Shown: in pieces, positions 1-9,377 of the stretch
How positions within the stretch are numbered: position 1 is the stretch's first letter
Layout: every line of letters begins with the position of its first letter
Origin: Myxococcales bacterium
GTDB taxonomy: Bacteria; Myxococcota_A; UBA9042
DNA: 34,403 nt
Assembly: GCA_037441385.1 (NCBI GenBank)
Contig: JBBISH010000066.1
Span: 1-34,403, forward strand
Direction of reading: 5' to 3'
Program-made: the position numbers and the translations under genes
The notes under the pieces: generated by a model
Databases searched by the model: none
The model's input: the letters and a program-made list of their open reading frames with translations, nothing else
Told to the model about the DNA's origin: nothing

Positions 1-275
1 TCCTGGAAGCCGTTCTTGTTTTCGGCCTGGGTCGGGCACTTGTCGTCGCTGTCCTCGATGCCGTCGCCGTCCTTGTCGCCGTCCGGGCAGCCGTCGTCGT
101 CTTTCATGCCGTTCTTGACTTCGGCGTCGTTGGGGCACTTGTCGCTGGTGTCGGCAATGCCGTCGCCGTCATTGTCCGGGTCGGGGCAGCCGTCTTCGTC
201 TTGGAAGCCGTCTTTGTCCTCTTTTTCCAGCGGGCACTTGTCCAGCTTGTCCGGCACGCCGTCGCCATCGGTGTC
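1..275 (-). repeat. Coding TSP3-like tandem repeats (DxDGDGxxDxxDKCP...xGxxDxDGCPD)
   Basis: About three repeat units visible in the translation. Confidence 0.85.
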
Positions 276-887
276 GCGGGCGGCCTTGCCAAACAGGTAG
301 TACAGGCCAAACCAGCCTTCGCCTTCGACCACGTTCTTGCTGTTGCGGCCCGGCACGGTCATGCCGATGGCGTCCAGGCGCAGGCCCAGATCCTCCGTCA
401 GCTCGATGCGGGTACCGATGCCGCCCATGAAGTTGGCGGTGTCGCCGTCGCTTTTGTCGGCCACTTTGCTCGACGAAGTCGACAGGATCTCCGAGCCCAT
501 GCCGATGCGGACGAAGGGGCGGAACATGCCGTCGTTGAAGAAGTTCCACATCGCGTGGCCGCGCAAGCCGATGACGTTGGCCGCGTCGCCCGAGCCCTTG
601 AGGGACGAGAGCACGTACTTGGCCTCGCCTTCCACCGCGATGTGATCGGTCAGGTGGTAGCCCAGGCGCAGGCCAAAGCCAGGACCCGGCTGGACGATCT
701 GCGTCTTGTCTTTGGCATTGCCCAACTCGTTGGTACTGTTCTTGATGTCATAGCCGCCAAACAGGCCTAATTCCACGCTGCCCGCAGGTTCGGCATGCGC
801 GGGTGTGGCCCGCATCGCCGAACCGATCAGGACCATCAGGGCCGCCGGCAGCAACACCGTAATTTTGTGGACTTTGCCAATGTTCAT
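1..887 (-). CDS. OmpA-family outer-membrane protein: beta-barrel plus thrombospondin type-3-like Ca-binding repeats; 3' end runs off the window
   Basis: Not in the ORF track because it has no stop inside the window. Manual translation from ATG 887 (RBS AAGGAG) gives signal peptide [32 protein letters not shown], alternating barrel strands ([20 protein letters not shown]), then repeats such as [31 protein letters not shown]-terminal OmpA domain is inferred, not seen. Confidence 0.85.
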   Translation of the reverse strand, partial: MNIGKVHKITVLLPAALMVLIGSAMRATPAHAEPAGSVELGLFGGYDIKNSTNELGNAKDKTQIVQPGPGFGLRLGYHLTDHIAVEGEAKYVLSSLKGSGDAANVIGLRGHAMWNFFNDGMFRPFVRIGMGSEILSTSSSKVADKSDGDTANFMGGIGTRIELTEDLGLRLDAIGMTVPGRNSKNVVEGEGWFGLYYLFGKAARDTDGDGVPDKLDKCPLEKEDKDGFQDEDGCPDPDNDGDGIADTSDKCPNDAEVKNGMKDDDGCPDGDKDGDGIEDSDDKCPTQAENKNGFQ

Positions 888-1111
888 CGCACTCTCCTTG
901 CGTTCGCAGTCGCGCTCGTGCGTCCAAATCCATTCAGGCATCGGGGGCACGCGCGCGCATTGTGCCATCCTGGTGAGCTGATCTCAAACTTGAGCACTAC
1001 TTTTGTTCACACCTCAAAGTGCAAAGGCATCGCAAGTTCTGATCTGCAAGGCAGAAAAATCTGCTCGGCCGGGCCGGAGCCAAGCGCAGCGGACCAACTC
1101 GCCGCCCCTCA

Positions 1112-2278
1112 CTATTCGGTGTTCAACGTGCAGAATGGCAGATCGTCGCTCAGGCGGACGAGAGTCGGCTCGTCGCCACACAAGGCGCAAGCCGCGTCCC
1201 GGCGCAGTTTGATGGTGCGACTCCGCCCGGCGAGCGCGTCGTGAATGGCCAGGCGTCCCAGCAGCGGTTCGCCAATGTCCAGAAGAATCTTCAGGACTTC
1301 AGTGGCCTGCATCAGCCCCACCAGGCCGGGCAACACGCCCAGGACGCCGTTGTCGGTACACGAGCCAAAAGCCTCGGCTGGCGGCGGCTGAGGAAACAGG
1401 CACCGGTAGCACGGCCCGCCGCGGGCTGACCACAGCACGGTGCACGAGCCTTGGAAGCGGTGGATCGAGCCGTGAATGTTGGGCTTTTTTGCCAGGTGGC
1501 AGGCATCGTTGAGCAAGTAGCGGGTGGCAAAATTGTCGCACGCATCCACGACGACATCATAGCCCGCCACTAGATCCATGGCATTTGCTGACGTAATCCT
1601 GCAAAAATGCGCCTCTATGGCCACATCTGGATTCAAGGCCTGCAAGGCTTGACGCGCCGACTCGACTTTGCGATCGCCGAGCCGGGCGGTGCTGTGGATC
1701 ACTTGTCGTTGCAGATTACTGATATCCACCACATCGCCGTCGCAAAGCCCCAGCGTGCCCACGCCCGCCGCCGCGAGATACAGCGCTACCGGCGAGCCCA
1801 GGCCACCCAGCCCCACGATCAGGACGCGGCTCTTCAGCAGCCGCAGCTGGCCGGCCTCGCCAACTTCGGGAAGTAGCAAGTGCCGGCCGTAGCGAAGCTT
1901 TTGCGCCGCCGACAGCCCGCCGGGAGCCTCCAGCGGCAGCCCGGCCGCTTGCCACGCTTGCACGCCGCCGGCAAGGGACTGCACATTGCGATAGCCCATG
2001 TCGATCAGGGACTTAGCCGCAAGCGCCGAGCGAGCCCCAGCCGCGCAGAACAGCACAATGGGCGCGTCGGCGTCGGGCTGCAGCTGAGCGAGGCGCGACT
2101 CCAGGAACGGCCGCCCCAGGCAATGCGCGCCCGCCAGCGTGCCGGCTTCGGTCTCGCTCGGTTCGCGGACGTCGACCAAGGTGACGCCACCCAACGCCAG
2201 CCGCGCCGCCAATTCGCTCGGGCGAATCTCGGCAATGGCCTCGCGCACGGCGTGCAAGTGGTCGGCGAAGCTCGGCAC
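1112..2278 (-). CDS. moeB: MoeB/MoeZ-type adenylyltransferase-sulfurtransferase (N-terminal rhodanese plus ThiF domain)
   Basis: Rhodanese motifs DVRE and FCAAGARS; ThiF motifs RYGRH, GLGGLG, DxVDISNLQRQ, CYRC, SC..GVLG, CALC. Confidence 0.9.
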   Translation of the reverse strand: MPSFADHLHAVREAIAEIRPSELAARLALGGVTLVDVREPSETEAGTLAGAHCLGRPFLESRLAQLQPDADAPIVLFCAAGARSALAAKSLIDMGYRNVQSLAGGVQAWQAAGLPLEAPGGLSAAQKLRYGRHLLLPEVGEAGQLRLLKSRVLIVGLGGLGSPVALYLAAAGVGTLGLCDGDVVDISNLQRQVIHSTARLGDRKVESARQALQALNPDVAIEAHFCRITSANAMDLVAGYDVVVDACDNFATRYLLNDACHLAKKPNIHGSIHRFQGSCTVLWSARGGPCYRCLFPQPPPAEAFGSCTDNGVLGVLPGLVGLMQATEVLKILLDIGEPLLGRLAIHDALAGRSRTIKLRRDAACALCGDEPTLVRLSDDLPFCTLNTE

Positions 2279-2282
2279 AGAG

Positions 2283-2756
2283 CTATCCTTGCGAATTGAG
2301 CAGTTGGCCTAGCTCGGCCAGCGCCATGTTCCAACCCGTAGACACGGCCTCGATGAGCACGTCGGGCGAAAACGCCGTCTCCGTCACCAAGAGCGGGCTG
2401 ATGACGGTGACCACGCAACCCGCCGTACCGTCGTGCAATTCCGCCGGAGCGATCGCGATCCGCAGGACTTCGCCAGGAGCCTCTTGGTCGTCGGAACTCC
2501 ACTGCAGGATCACCAGACTCGGCTCGTCCAAAACCGCCCAACGGCCGCGGCGCTGCCACGTCTCGCCATCCTCGTCCAGCCAGGTGCAATGGACTTCGCC
2601 GTCGACCACCGGCTCACTCGCGGCGGTGTGGCAGAACCATTGGGCCAGTCGGTCCGCGGCGGTGAACCACAGGAAGGCCTGCTCGGGCGGCACCGGCAAC
2701 GGCTGGCGCACGATGACCTGGCGGCGCTCGGCCGCGGCAACTTGGGGCGGCAACAT
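2283..2756 (-). CDS. SRPBCC/AHSA1-like domain protein
   Basis: PPEQAFLWFT...LAQWF, C-terminal GWNMALAEL helix, size of about 157 aa. Confidence 0.7.
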   Translation of the reverse strand: MLPPQVAAAERRQVIVRQPLPVPPEQAFLWFTAADRLAQWFCHTAASEPVVDGEVHCTWLDEDGETWQRRGRWAVLDEPSLVILQWSSDDQEAPGEVLRIAIAPAELHDGTAGCVVTVISPLLVTETAFSPDVLIEAVSTGWNMALAELGQLLNSQG

Positions 2757-2759
2757 CGG

Positions 2760-4424
2760 CTACTTTCCTTTGCCTTTCTTGCCCTTCTTGCCCTTCTCGG
2801 CGGCTGGCTCGGCCTTCTTGGGCATCAGTTCGGCCACGGACTTGCCCAGCGAGTCAAAGATGCTCTTGACGCAGGCGTCCGGCGTGGCGATCGGCGCGAG
2901 CAATTCCTGTGCGTCCACCACTAGCTCCACGCGCGCCTTGCCCGAAGGCAGGCCTTGGTCAAACTGTTCGAACAGGTGCTCGGCATTGCCGCCGCGCTTG
3001 CACAGCGACTGCGCCAGCTCGACTGCGCAGGCCTGACCAGCTTTGCTGCCCAGCAGGAACCCTGCGATTTCGTTCGACTCGAGCAGCGCCGCCTTCTCCT
3101 CCAGGCGCTTGCAGTCGGGCTTGCCGTCCAGTCCCACCAGTTGCGCAGCGGTCCAACGCGCCAAGAACAGGTCGCCCAAGCTCTGATTGTCAAAGTGGAA
3201 AATCCCCTGCCCCTCGGTCCCTTCGCGGAAAAGCGACGACTGCAGCAGACGCTCGCACGTCGAGTGCTTGTCGGGCGCATCGGGCAAAGCGTTGGCGGCG
3301 ATGCATTCCTCCAGTTGGAACTGGAAATTGCGCTGCCCGCTTCCGGGGTTCTTGGCCGCCACCATGGCGTCCACGGTGGTCATGGCCTCTTGCGGCGTCC
3401 AGGGCACGGGCAAGCCCTGCAGGTCGCGGATCAGCTGCGCCGCGACAAAGTAGGTGTAGACCTGCGAGCGACTGGCCTGGAAGTTCTTGAACTCCGGGTT
3501 GTTCTTGTCGATTGCCGCGCTGCGAGCCAGGGCGCGCACCACCTGCAAGTCGCGGTAGGTCGCCATGTGCGGGTAGTGGCAGCGGTCAAAGCTGGTCACC
3601 TTGCGGTCGATGCCGTAGTGATGCATGAAATCTTTGACCGATTGCGTCTCTTCGGTAGTGGTCACGTGCTCGGCCAACCACACATCCGCCTGATCGCAGG
3701 TCAGTTGGGGCAGCTCGAGCCGGCCCTGCACCGTCTTGATGCCGTAGTTGCTGGTAAAGACGGGCGGGCGCGTCATCACGAGCAAGTGGCCCTTGGGTGC
3801 CAGCCGCGCCGCGAAATCGTCGATCGCACGGGCGATTTCCTCGCGCGACAGCAGCGGCGTCTCGTCCAGCGCGTCCAGAACCACCACCCAGTTCAGGTTG
3901 CCCATCGCCGCCTGGATGGCCGCCTCGGCGCCCAACGGCTCCACTTTGGCGATCCGGCTCGCCACCGCCACGGCCACGGGATTCACACCAGAGGGCAGTT
4001 TGCCCAAGTTCGGCGCGACTTCGCTGGCTAGGTCGATGCGGTAGAACGGCAGCTGACCACAGACTTGCGCTTCCAGCGACTCGGCCAGCTGAGATTTGCC
4101 GGTGCCGCCGCGGGCCATCACCAGCGCGGTCTGCAAGTTCAGGGCGCTGGCACCGGTGGCCGTCAGCGCCGCCGCCAAGTCGACTTCGCTCATGTAGGCG
4201 GGCGCGCCGCCAGTCTTCTGGCTGGGCCAAAGGTGAACCAGCAGCTCGACGGGCACATAGGCCCGCGACGCGAGCGCCGCTTGGTGCTTGTCCAGGCGGG
4301 CTTTGCAGGCGGCAGCGTACTCGGGGCCAGGCCCAGTGGGCGGTGGCGGGCCCTTGACCTCGGGCGCGCCGCAGCTGGTCAGGGCGACACCAGCCGCAAG
4401 TGACCACGTTGCAAGGTTTTTCAT
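2760..4424 (-). CDS. Lipoprotein carrying a NACHT/STAND-type P-loop NTPase domain
   Basis: ATG 4424 with RBS AAGGA (alternative ATG 4442); lipobox LTS-C; YVP motif, Walker A ARGGTGKS, Walker B VVVLDALDE, sensor LLVMTRP, SRSQVY..FV, winged-helix FHFDNQSLGDLFLA. Confidence 0.75.
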   Translation of the reverse strand: MKNLATWSLAAGVALTSCGAPEVKGPPPPTGPGPEYAAACKARLDKHQAALASRAYVPVELLVHLWPSQKTGGAPAYMSEVDLAAALTATGASALNLQTALVMARGGTGKSQLAESLEAQVCGQLPFYRIDLASEVAPNLGKLPSGVNPVAVAVASRIAKVEPLGAEAAIQAAMGNLNWVVVLDALDETPLLSREEIARAIDDFAARLAPKGHLLVMTRPPVFTSNYGIKTVQGRLELPQLTCDQADVWLAEHVTTTEETQSVKDFMHHYGIDRKVTSFDRCHYPHMATYRDLQVVRALARSAAIDKNNPEFKNFQASRSQVYTYFVAAQLIRDLQGLPVPWTPQEAMTTVDAMVAAKNPGSGQRNFQFQLEECIAANALPDAPDKHSTCERLLQSSLFREGTEGQGIFHFDNQSLGDLFLARWTAAQLVGLDGKPDCKRLEEKAALLESNEIAGFLLGSKAGQACAVELAQSLCKRGGNAEHLFEQFDQGLPSGKARVELVVDAQELLAPIATPDACVKSIFDSLGKSVAELMPKKAEPAAEKGKKGKKGKGK

Positions 4425-4662
4425 CACGAGTTCCTTCGACATGCCCGTCTCCACCTGTGCGCCTCGCGCCCGATCCGGTCGCCGCAGCGGCGAGCTTAGG
4501 AGCATGGCGCATTGTCGCTGCGGACGCAATTTCTTGCCGGCCTGGCGCCGGGCCCGTATGCCTGCGAGCGCATCCTGGCACTATCCTGTGATTTCAGCCA
4601 AATGCTGCGACTCGGCCGGCGTTGGCTTGGCAGGGGTGCGCCGCGAATGCTAGCGTGCCGCC

Positions 4663-5409
4663 ATGATCACTTGCCCGCTCCCCTTTTCTCAGGCCGAAGA
4701 TCTGGTCGCCAAGCTCCAGCGCGAGTTGGATTTGGCCCCGCCGCAAACCATCTTGCAGGCCGCCCACGCGCATTTTGGAACTGCCGCCGCTATCGCGTTT
4801 TCTGGGGCCGAGGACGTGGCGCTGCTGGGCCTGTGTCGCGACTTTGATCTGCCGTTGCGCGCGTTCTTCTTGGACACCGGCCGGCTGGCGCCAGAGACCC
4901 TAGAACTGGCCGAAGCCGTTCGGGAGAAGCTGGGTTTCGACTTGGAAGTGTACAGCCCACAGGCCCAGGCGGTGCAGGAGCTGGTGCGCGCCAAGGGGCT
5001 GTTTTCGTTCTATCGCGATGGCCACAGCGAGTGCTGTGGGGTGCGCAAGGTCGAGCCGCTGGGGCGGGCGCTGGCCGGGACCCCTGCCTGGCTGACGGGC
5101 CAGCGCCGCGACCAGAGCCCGGCCACCCGCGCCGAAGTGCCGATCGTGCAAGTGGATCTGGCCCACTCGTCGCCGGAGTGCGCAGTGGTGAAGTTCAATC
5201 CGCTGGCGCGCTGGACGTCGGCTCAAGTGTGGAAGTACATCCGCGCGGCCGAATTACCATTCAATGCTCTGCACTTGCGCGGCTACGTCTCGATCGGCTG
5301 CGCGCCGTGCACGCGCCCTGTCCTGCCGGGTCAACACGAGCGTGAAGGCCGCTGGTGGTGGGAAGACGCCGCGCGCAAAGAGTGTGGCCTGCACGGCGCG
5401 GACAAGTAG
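4663..5409 (+). CDS. cysH: Thioredoxin-dependent APS/PAPS reductase of the [4Fe-4S] APS-reductase type
   Basis: [40 protein letters not shown], terminal ECGLH. The CC...CxxC set points to the APS-reductase type. Confidence 0.93.
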   Translation: MITCPLPFSQAEDLVAKLQRELDLAPPQTILQAAHAHFGTAAAIAFSGAEDVALLGLCRDFDLPLRAFFLDTGRLAPETLELAEAVREKLGFDLEVYSPQAQAVQELVRAKGLFSFYRDGHSECCGVRKVEPLGRALAGTPAWLTGQRRDQSPATRAEVPIVQVDLAHSSPECAVVKFNPLARWTSAQVWKYIRAAELPFNALHLRGYVSIGCAPCTRPVLPGQHEREGRWWWEDAARKECGLHGADK

Positions 5410-5421
5410 CCGTTTGGCGGT

Positions 5422-6918
5422 ATGGCTGGCATGCTCCGCGGCCGGCGCCGGGCGCCGTTGGAGCACACCATGGGACGCTTTCCGCCAACCCAGGCCGGCC
5501 TGGCCGCACTGTTGCAGGCCAGCGGCATCACGTTGAGCGACGAGCAACTGAGCCAGCTATGGCGCTACCACCAGCTGCTGCACGAGCGCAACGACGACGG
5601 CGACCTGACCCGTCTGCGCGCGTTTGACACCATGGTTTCGCTGCACTACGTGGACTGCCTGCTGGTCGCGCAAAAACTGGCCGGGCGACTGCCGTCGCCG
5701 CTGCTCGACATCGGCTCGGGCGCAGGGCTGCCGGGGGTGCCACTCAAGATTGGCTCGCCCGCCACCACCGTGATCTGCAACGAAATGCGCGCCAAGCGGA
5801 TCGCCTTCATCGACGAGGCCATCCAAACCTGCGGTCTGCAAGGCATCTCGACGTGGCACGCCACCTTGGGCCACCACTTTGACGACGCCGTGGGCGGCGT
5901 GGTCACCCGCGCGTTCGAGAAGATCCCCGTGACCCTGACGCGCGTGCGGCGGATGGTGCAGCCGGGCGGCCTGGCGATCTTCATGAAGGGGCCCAACTGC
6001 GACGACGAAATTGCCGAGGCGCAGGCCAGCTTTGCCAGCTCTTGGCGGCTGCGGGATGATCTGGCCTACGACATCCCGTTCACGACACACCGGCGTCGCT
6101 TGGTGACGTTCGAGCGGCTGGCCGATCCGACGGAGGTCGGGCGACGCCGGACACGACGCATTGAGTCGGGTAGCAACGAGGCGATGCGCACGTGGCGCGA
6201 CTTGCTGACGGGCAAGGGCATTCGCAAGCACGGACTGGCGCTGGTGGCCGGCTCCAAGCTGGTGCCCGAAGTGCTGCGCGATTTTGCGCACTTGTGCGTC
6301 GAGCTGCTGGTGCCGCTGGGGACGGAGCACGTGGGGGCCGAGGCGAACCCCGACCTGCCCGTGGCCTTGCTGGCGCCGGATTTGTTCCGCGAGCTGGACC
6401 AATTTGGCACCAAGGGGCCGCTGGTCGTGGTTCGCGCGCCACAGCCGCGGCCGTGGCCGGGGGCCCTGCAAGGCCGTGGTGTGCAGGGCGCGACCCTGGC
6501 AGTGCCGTTCCAGGACCCGGAAAATGTTGGAGCGGTGCTGCGTTCTGCGGCCGCGCTGGGCGTGCGCGAGGTGGTGCTGACGCGTGAGGCGGCCTCGCCG
6601 TTCCATCCCAAGGCCGTGCGAGCCGGCGGGCTGGCGGCGTGGCGGATGAACCTGTGGAGCGGCGCGAGCCTGGCCGACATCGCCGCGGCCTTGCCCGCCG
6701 AGCAACTGGTGGCGCTCTCGGCCGAGGGCACGCCTCTGCAAAAGTTCGTCTTTCCAGAGGATTTCTTGCTGTTGCCCGGTGTGGAAGGGCCCGGACTTCC
6801 GGCTGACCTGCGCGCGCAGTCCGTTGCGATCGGCATGGCGGACGGGAGCGAATCGCTGAACGGCCCGGTGGCAGTGGCGATCGCCCTGTACCGTTGGGGC
6901 AGCCAGGACGCGTCCTGA
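5422..6918 (+). CDS. rsmG: Fusion of RsmG (16S rRNA m7G527 methyltransferase) and a TrmH/SpoU-family RNA methyltransferase
   Basis: N-half: HYVDCL, LLDIGSGAGLPGVPL, TRAF, MKGP. C-half: IESGSN, QDPENVGAVLRSA, PKAVRA, GVEGPGL, ESLNGPVA. One uninterrupted ORF; the start could be 5422, 5431 or 5470. Confidence 0.85.
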   Translation: MAGMLRGRRRAPLEHTMGRFPPTQAGLAALLQASGITLSDEQLSQLWRYHQLLHERNDDGDLTRLRAFDTMVSLHYVDCLLVAQKLAGRLPSPLLDIGSGAGLPGVPLKIGSPATTVICNEMRAKRIAFIDEAIQTCGLQGISTWHATLGHHFDDAVGGVVTRAFEKIPVTLTRVRRMVQPGGLAIFMKGPNCDDEIAEAQASFASSWRLRDDLAYDIPFTTHRRRLVTFERLADPTEVGRRRTRRIESGSNEAMRTWRDLLTGKGIRKHGLALVAGSKLVPEVLRDFAHLCVELLVPLGTEHVGAEANPDLPVALLAPDLFRELDQFGTKGPLVVVRAPQPRPWPGALQGRGVQGATLAVPFQDPENVGAVLRSAAALGVREVVLTREAASPFHPKAVRAGGLAAWRMNLWSGASLADIAAALPAEQLVALSAEGTPLQKFVFPEDFLLLPGVEGPGLPADLRAQSVAIGMADGSESLNGPVAVAIALYRWGSQDAS

Positions 6919-6968
6919 AAAATCTATAGTTTCAACAGGTAGAAAATGCCCCCCAAGGTGCGGGATGG

Positions 6969-7949
6969 CTACTTCTCGGCGGGCTTCTCGGCCTTCTTGG
7001 GCTCGACAGGCGCAACTTGGCCAAACGACGCGATCACTGGGTCGTTCTTCTGGATGCCGTCGACCTTGACCTCCACGCGCGTGCCGCTGACTTTGGCGAC
7101 CTTGCCCGTATAGACCTGGCCAATCCACGGCACTTCGACCAGCTGGCCGGGCTTGAGCGCCGGCTTGAGCGGAATCGCCCGCAGGTCCGAGACGGCCACC
7201 ATGCGCACGCGTTGGCTGAACTGACGAGTGATCCAGTTGTCGCCCGACTGACCGACCAGCAACACCACCTCATCCTTGCCCTGGGTGCCCTTGGCAAACG
7301 CAAAGTTGCCGGGCTGCAGGCCCTCTTTTTGGCGGGTGACTTCGCGCGGCGACAGGACCTTGACCAGCAGGTCTTCCTTCCAGTTGTCGGGCAAGTCGGT
7401 GTAGCGAACCGTGATCTTCTCGCCGTCGATCTTCTGCACCACCGCGTGCTTGAGCTCGCTGGCCCATTCCGCCAGCACCATGTCGCCCGCCTTCAGCTCG
7501 GCCGCCGTGCTGCCCGCCGGAATCACAAAGAGGCCGCTGGTCTTGAACGTGCCGCCGGTCAGCTCTTTGATGACCACCACGCCGCCCTTGACCTCGCCCA
7601 CATCGTGGGCAAACAGCCGGTAGGGCTTGTTGGCGTCGTCGTAGGCGCGGTGGGCACCCTGCGTCAAGACGAACACGCGGTCGTCGGCCTTGACCGCCGC
7701 GGTGTTGGCCTGCAAGTTCCAGGCATTCTGGTTCGGGTCGCCGTCGCCATCGGCCACGGACGCCGCGGCCGGCGCTGCCACGGCCGAAGCCGCCGCCGGG
7801 GCCGCAACCGCCTCTGCGGGCTTGGTTTCGGCGGCCTTGGCTGGCTCTGCCGCCGGTTTGGCGGCAGGGGCCTCTTGCTTCTTGCAGCCAGCGGCCAGGG
7901 CCAAAGCGGCGGCGCCCAGGGTCAGCCAACGGAGCGAATTCGGGAACAT
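6969..7949 (-). CDS. Lipoprotein with tandem Tudor/SH3-like beta-barrel repeats
   Basis: ATG 7949 with RBS GGAGG; signal peptide ending LAAG-C; Ala/Pro linker; repeats such as LKAGDMVLAEW...AVVQKIDGEKITVRY and LKPGQLVEVPW...GKVAKVSGTRVEVKV. Confidence 0.65.
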   Translation of the reverse strand: MFPNSLRWLTLGAAALALAAGCKKQEAPAAKPAAEPAKAAETKPAEAVAAPAAASAVAAPAAASVADGDGDPNQNAWNLQANTAAVKADDRVFVLTQGAHRAYDDANKPYRLFAHDVGEVKGGVVVIKELTGGTFKTSGLFVIPAGSTAAELKAGDMVLAEWASELKHAVVQKIDGEKITVRYTDLPDNWKEDLLVKVLSPREVTRQKEGLQPGNFAFAKGTQGKDEVVLLVGQSGDNWITRQFSQRVRMVAVSDLRAIPLKPALKPGQLVEVPWIGQVYTGKVAKVSGTRVEVKVDGIQKNDPVIASFGQVAPVEPKKAEKPAEK

Positions 7950-7963
7950 GCGTGCCTCCAGGA

Positions 7964-8560
7964 CTACAAGCGATCCAGTTTCCAAACGCCGTCTTCTTGC
8001 ACGACGACGGGACGAATTTCAAGGCCTTCTTGCGTTTTGACGGTGGCCTGCAGGCGACCGTCAGCCTGCGCCTCGATCGTGAACTCGGGGTGGGCGCTGC
8101 TCAAGACCTGGGCCACTTTGTCGGCATGGCGCCAGAAGCGCTCTTGATACTGACTTTCAATGTCGGCGAACTGCTTGGCGTAGCGCTCGCTGACAAACGG
8201 CCGCAACGCCTTGAGGTCGTGGGCCTTCAGCGCCGGGAGCGCCACCGCCAACGCCCGCCGCGCCACCATCATCCGCTGGTCCGCCGCCGGCACCGCGCCA
8301 TCGACCGGCGCCTGGGCATCGCGCTGCCGAGCCTTCAGGCCGTCCGCCGCCGGAACCCCAGCTAAGGGGGCACCCGCCACTGGCACCCCAGGAACCAGGG
8401 GCACCAAGACTTGCGGGGCCCGCTGCGGCGCCAGCGCAGACTTGACCTGATAGGCCGGCGGCAGGCACCGCGACGGCTCCAAACTGCAGTCGGTGGGCGC
8501 GGTGCACGCGGGGGCCACGGCCAGCCCCGCCAGAGCGGCAAGCTTCAGGAACCTGCTCAT
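7964..8560 (-). CDS. Hypothetical lipoprotein, possible NTF2-like C-terminal domain
   Basis: ATG 8560; MSRFLKLAALAGLAVAPA-C; ends in VQEDGVWKLDRL. Confidence 0.6.
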   Translation of the reverse strand: MSRFLKLAALAGLAVAPACTAPTDCSLEPSRCLPPAYQVKSALAPQRAPQVLVPLVPGVPVAGAPLAGVPAADGLKARQRDAQAPVDGAVPAADQRMMVARRALAVALPALKAHDLKALRPFVSERYAKQFADIESQYQERFWRHADKVAQVLSSAHPEFTIEAQADGRLQATVKTQEGLEIRPVVVQEDGVWKLDRL

Positions 8561-8606
8561 CGCAACACCCTTTACCGGCACCGCGCCGGACGAGTCCGAC
8601 CTGGCA

Positions 8607-9173
<567 letters not shown>

Positions 9174-9377
9174 GATTTTGCTCCAAGAAAGCGGGGCCGT
9201 GCGGCCAGTGCGCGCGGGTTGGGCGGGCGGGTCCCACGGCGATGACGCGGGTACAGCTCCGGGTAGAGCCCGGCTGCGGCCAGGCGAGGGGCGGAATTCT
9301 ATGGGAGTCGCGACGCTGCGGCAAGGGGACGCACGGCTCCTGGCCACCGCGGCCGCAAGGCGCTACCGTTGGGGGCC

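Noticed and set aside
953..967. Possible sigma54 promoter TGGCAC-N7-GC upstream of the OmpA-like gene (minus strand)
   Set aside because: The GG-N10-GC spacing fits but the TTGC element is missing; too weak in GC-rich DNA.
9260..9271. CGGGTAGAGCCC, shared with the reverse complement near 10581-10592, as a possible GTAG-type REP
   Set aside because: Only a 12-bp match, one instance spans the kinase stop codon, and there are no further copies.
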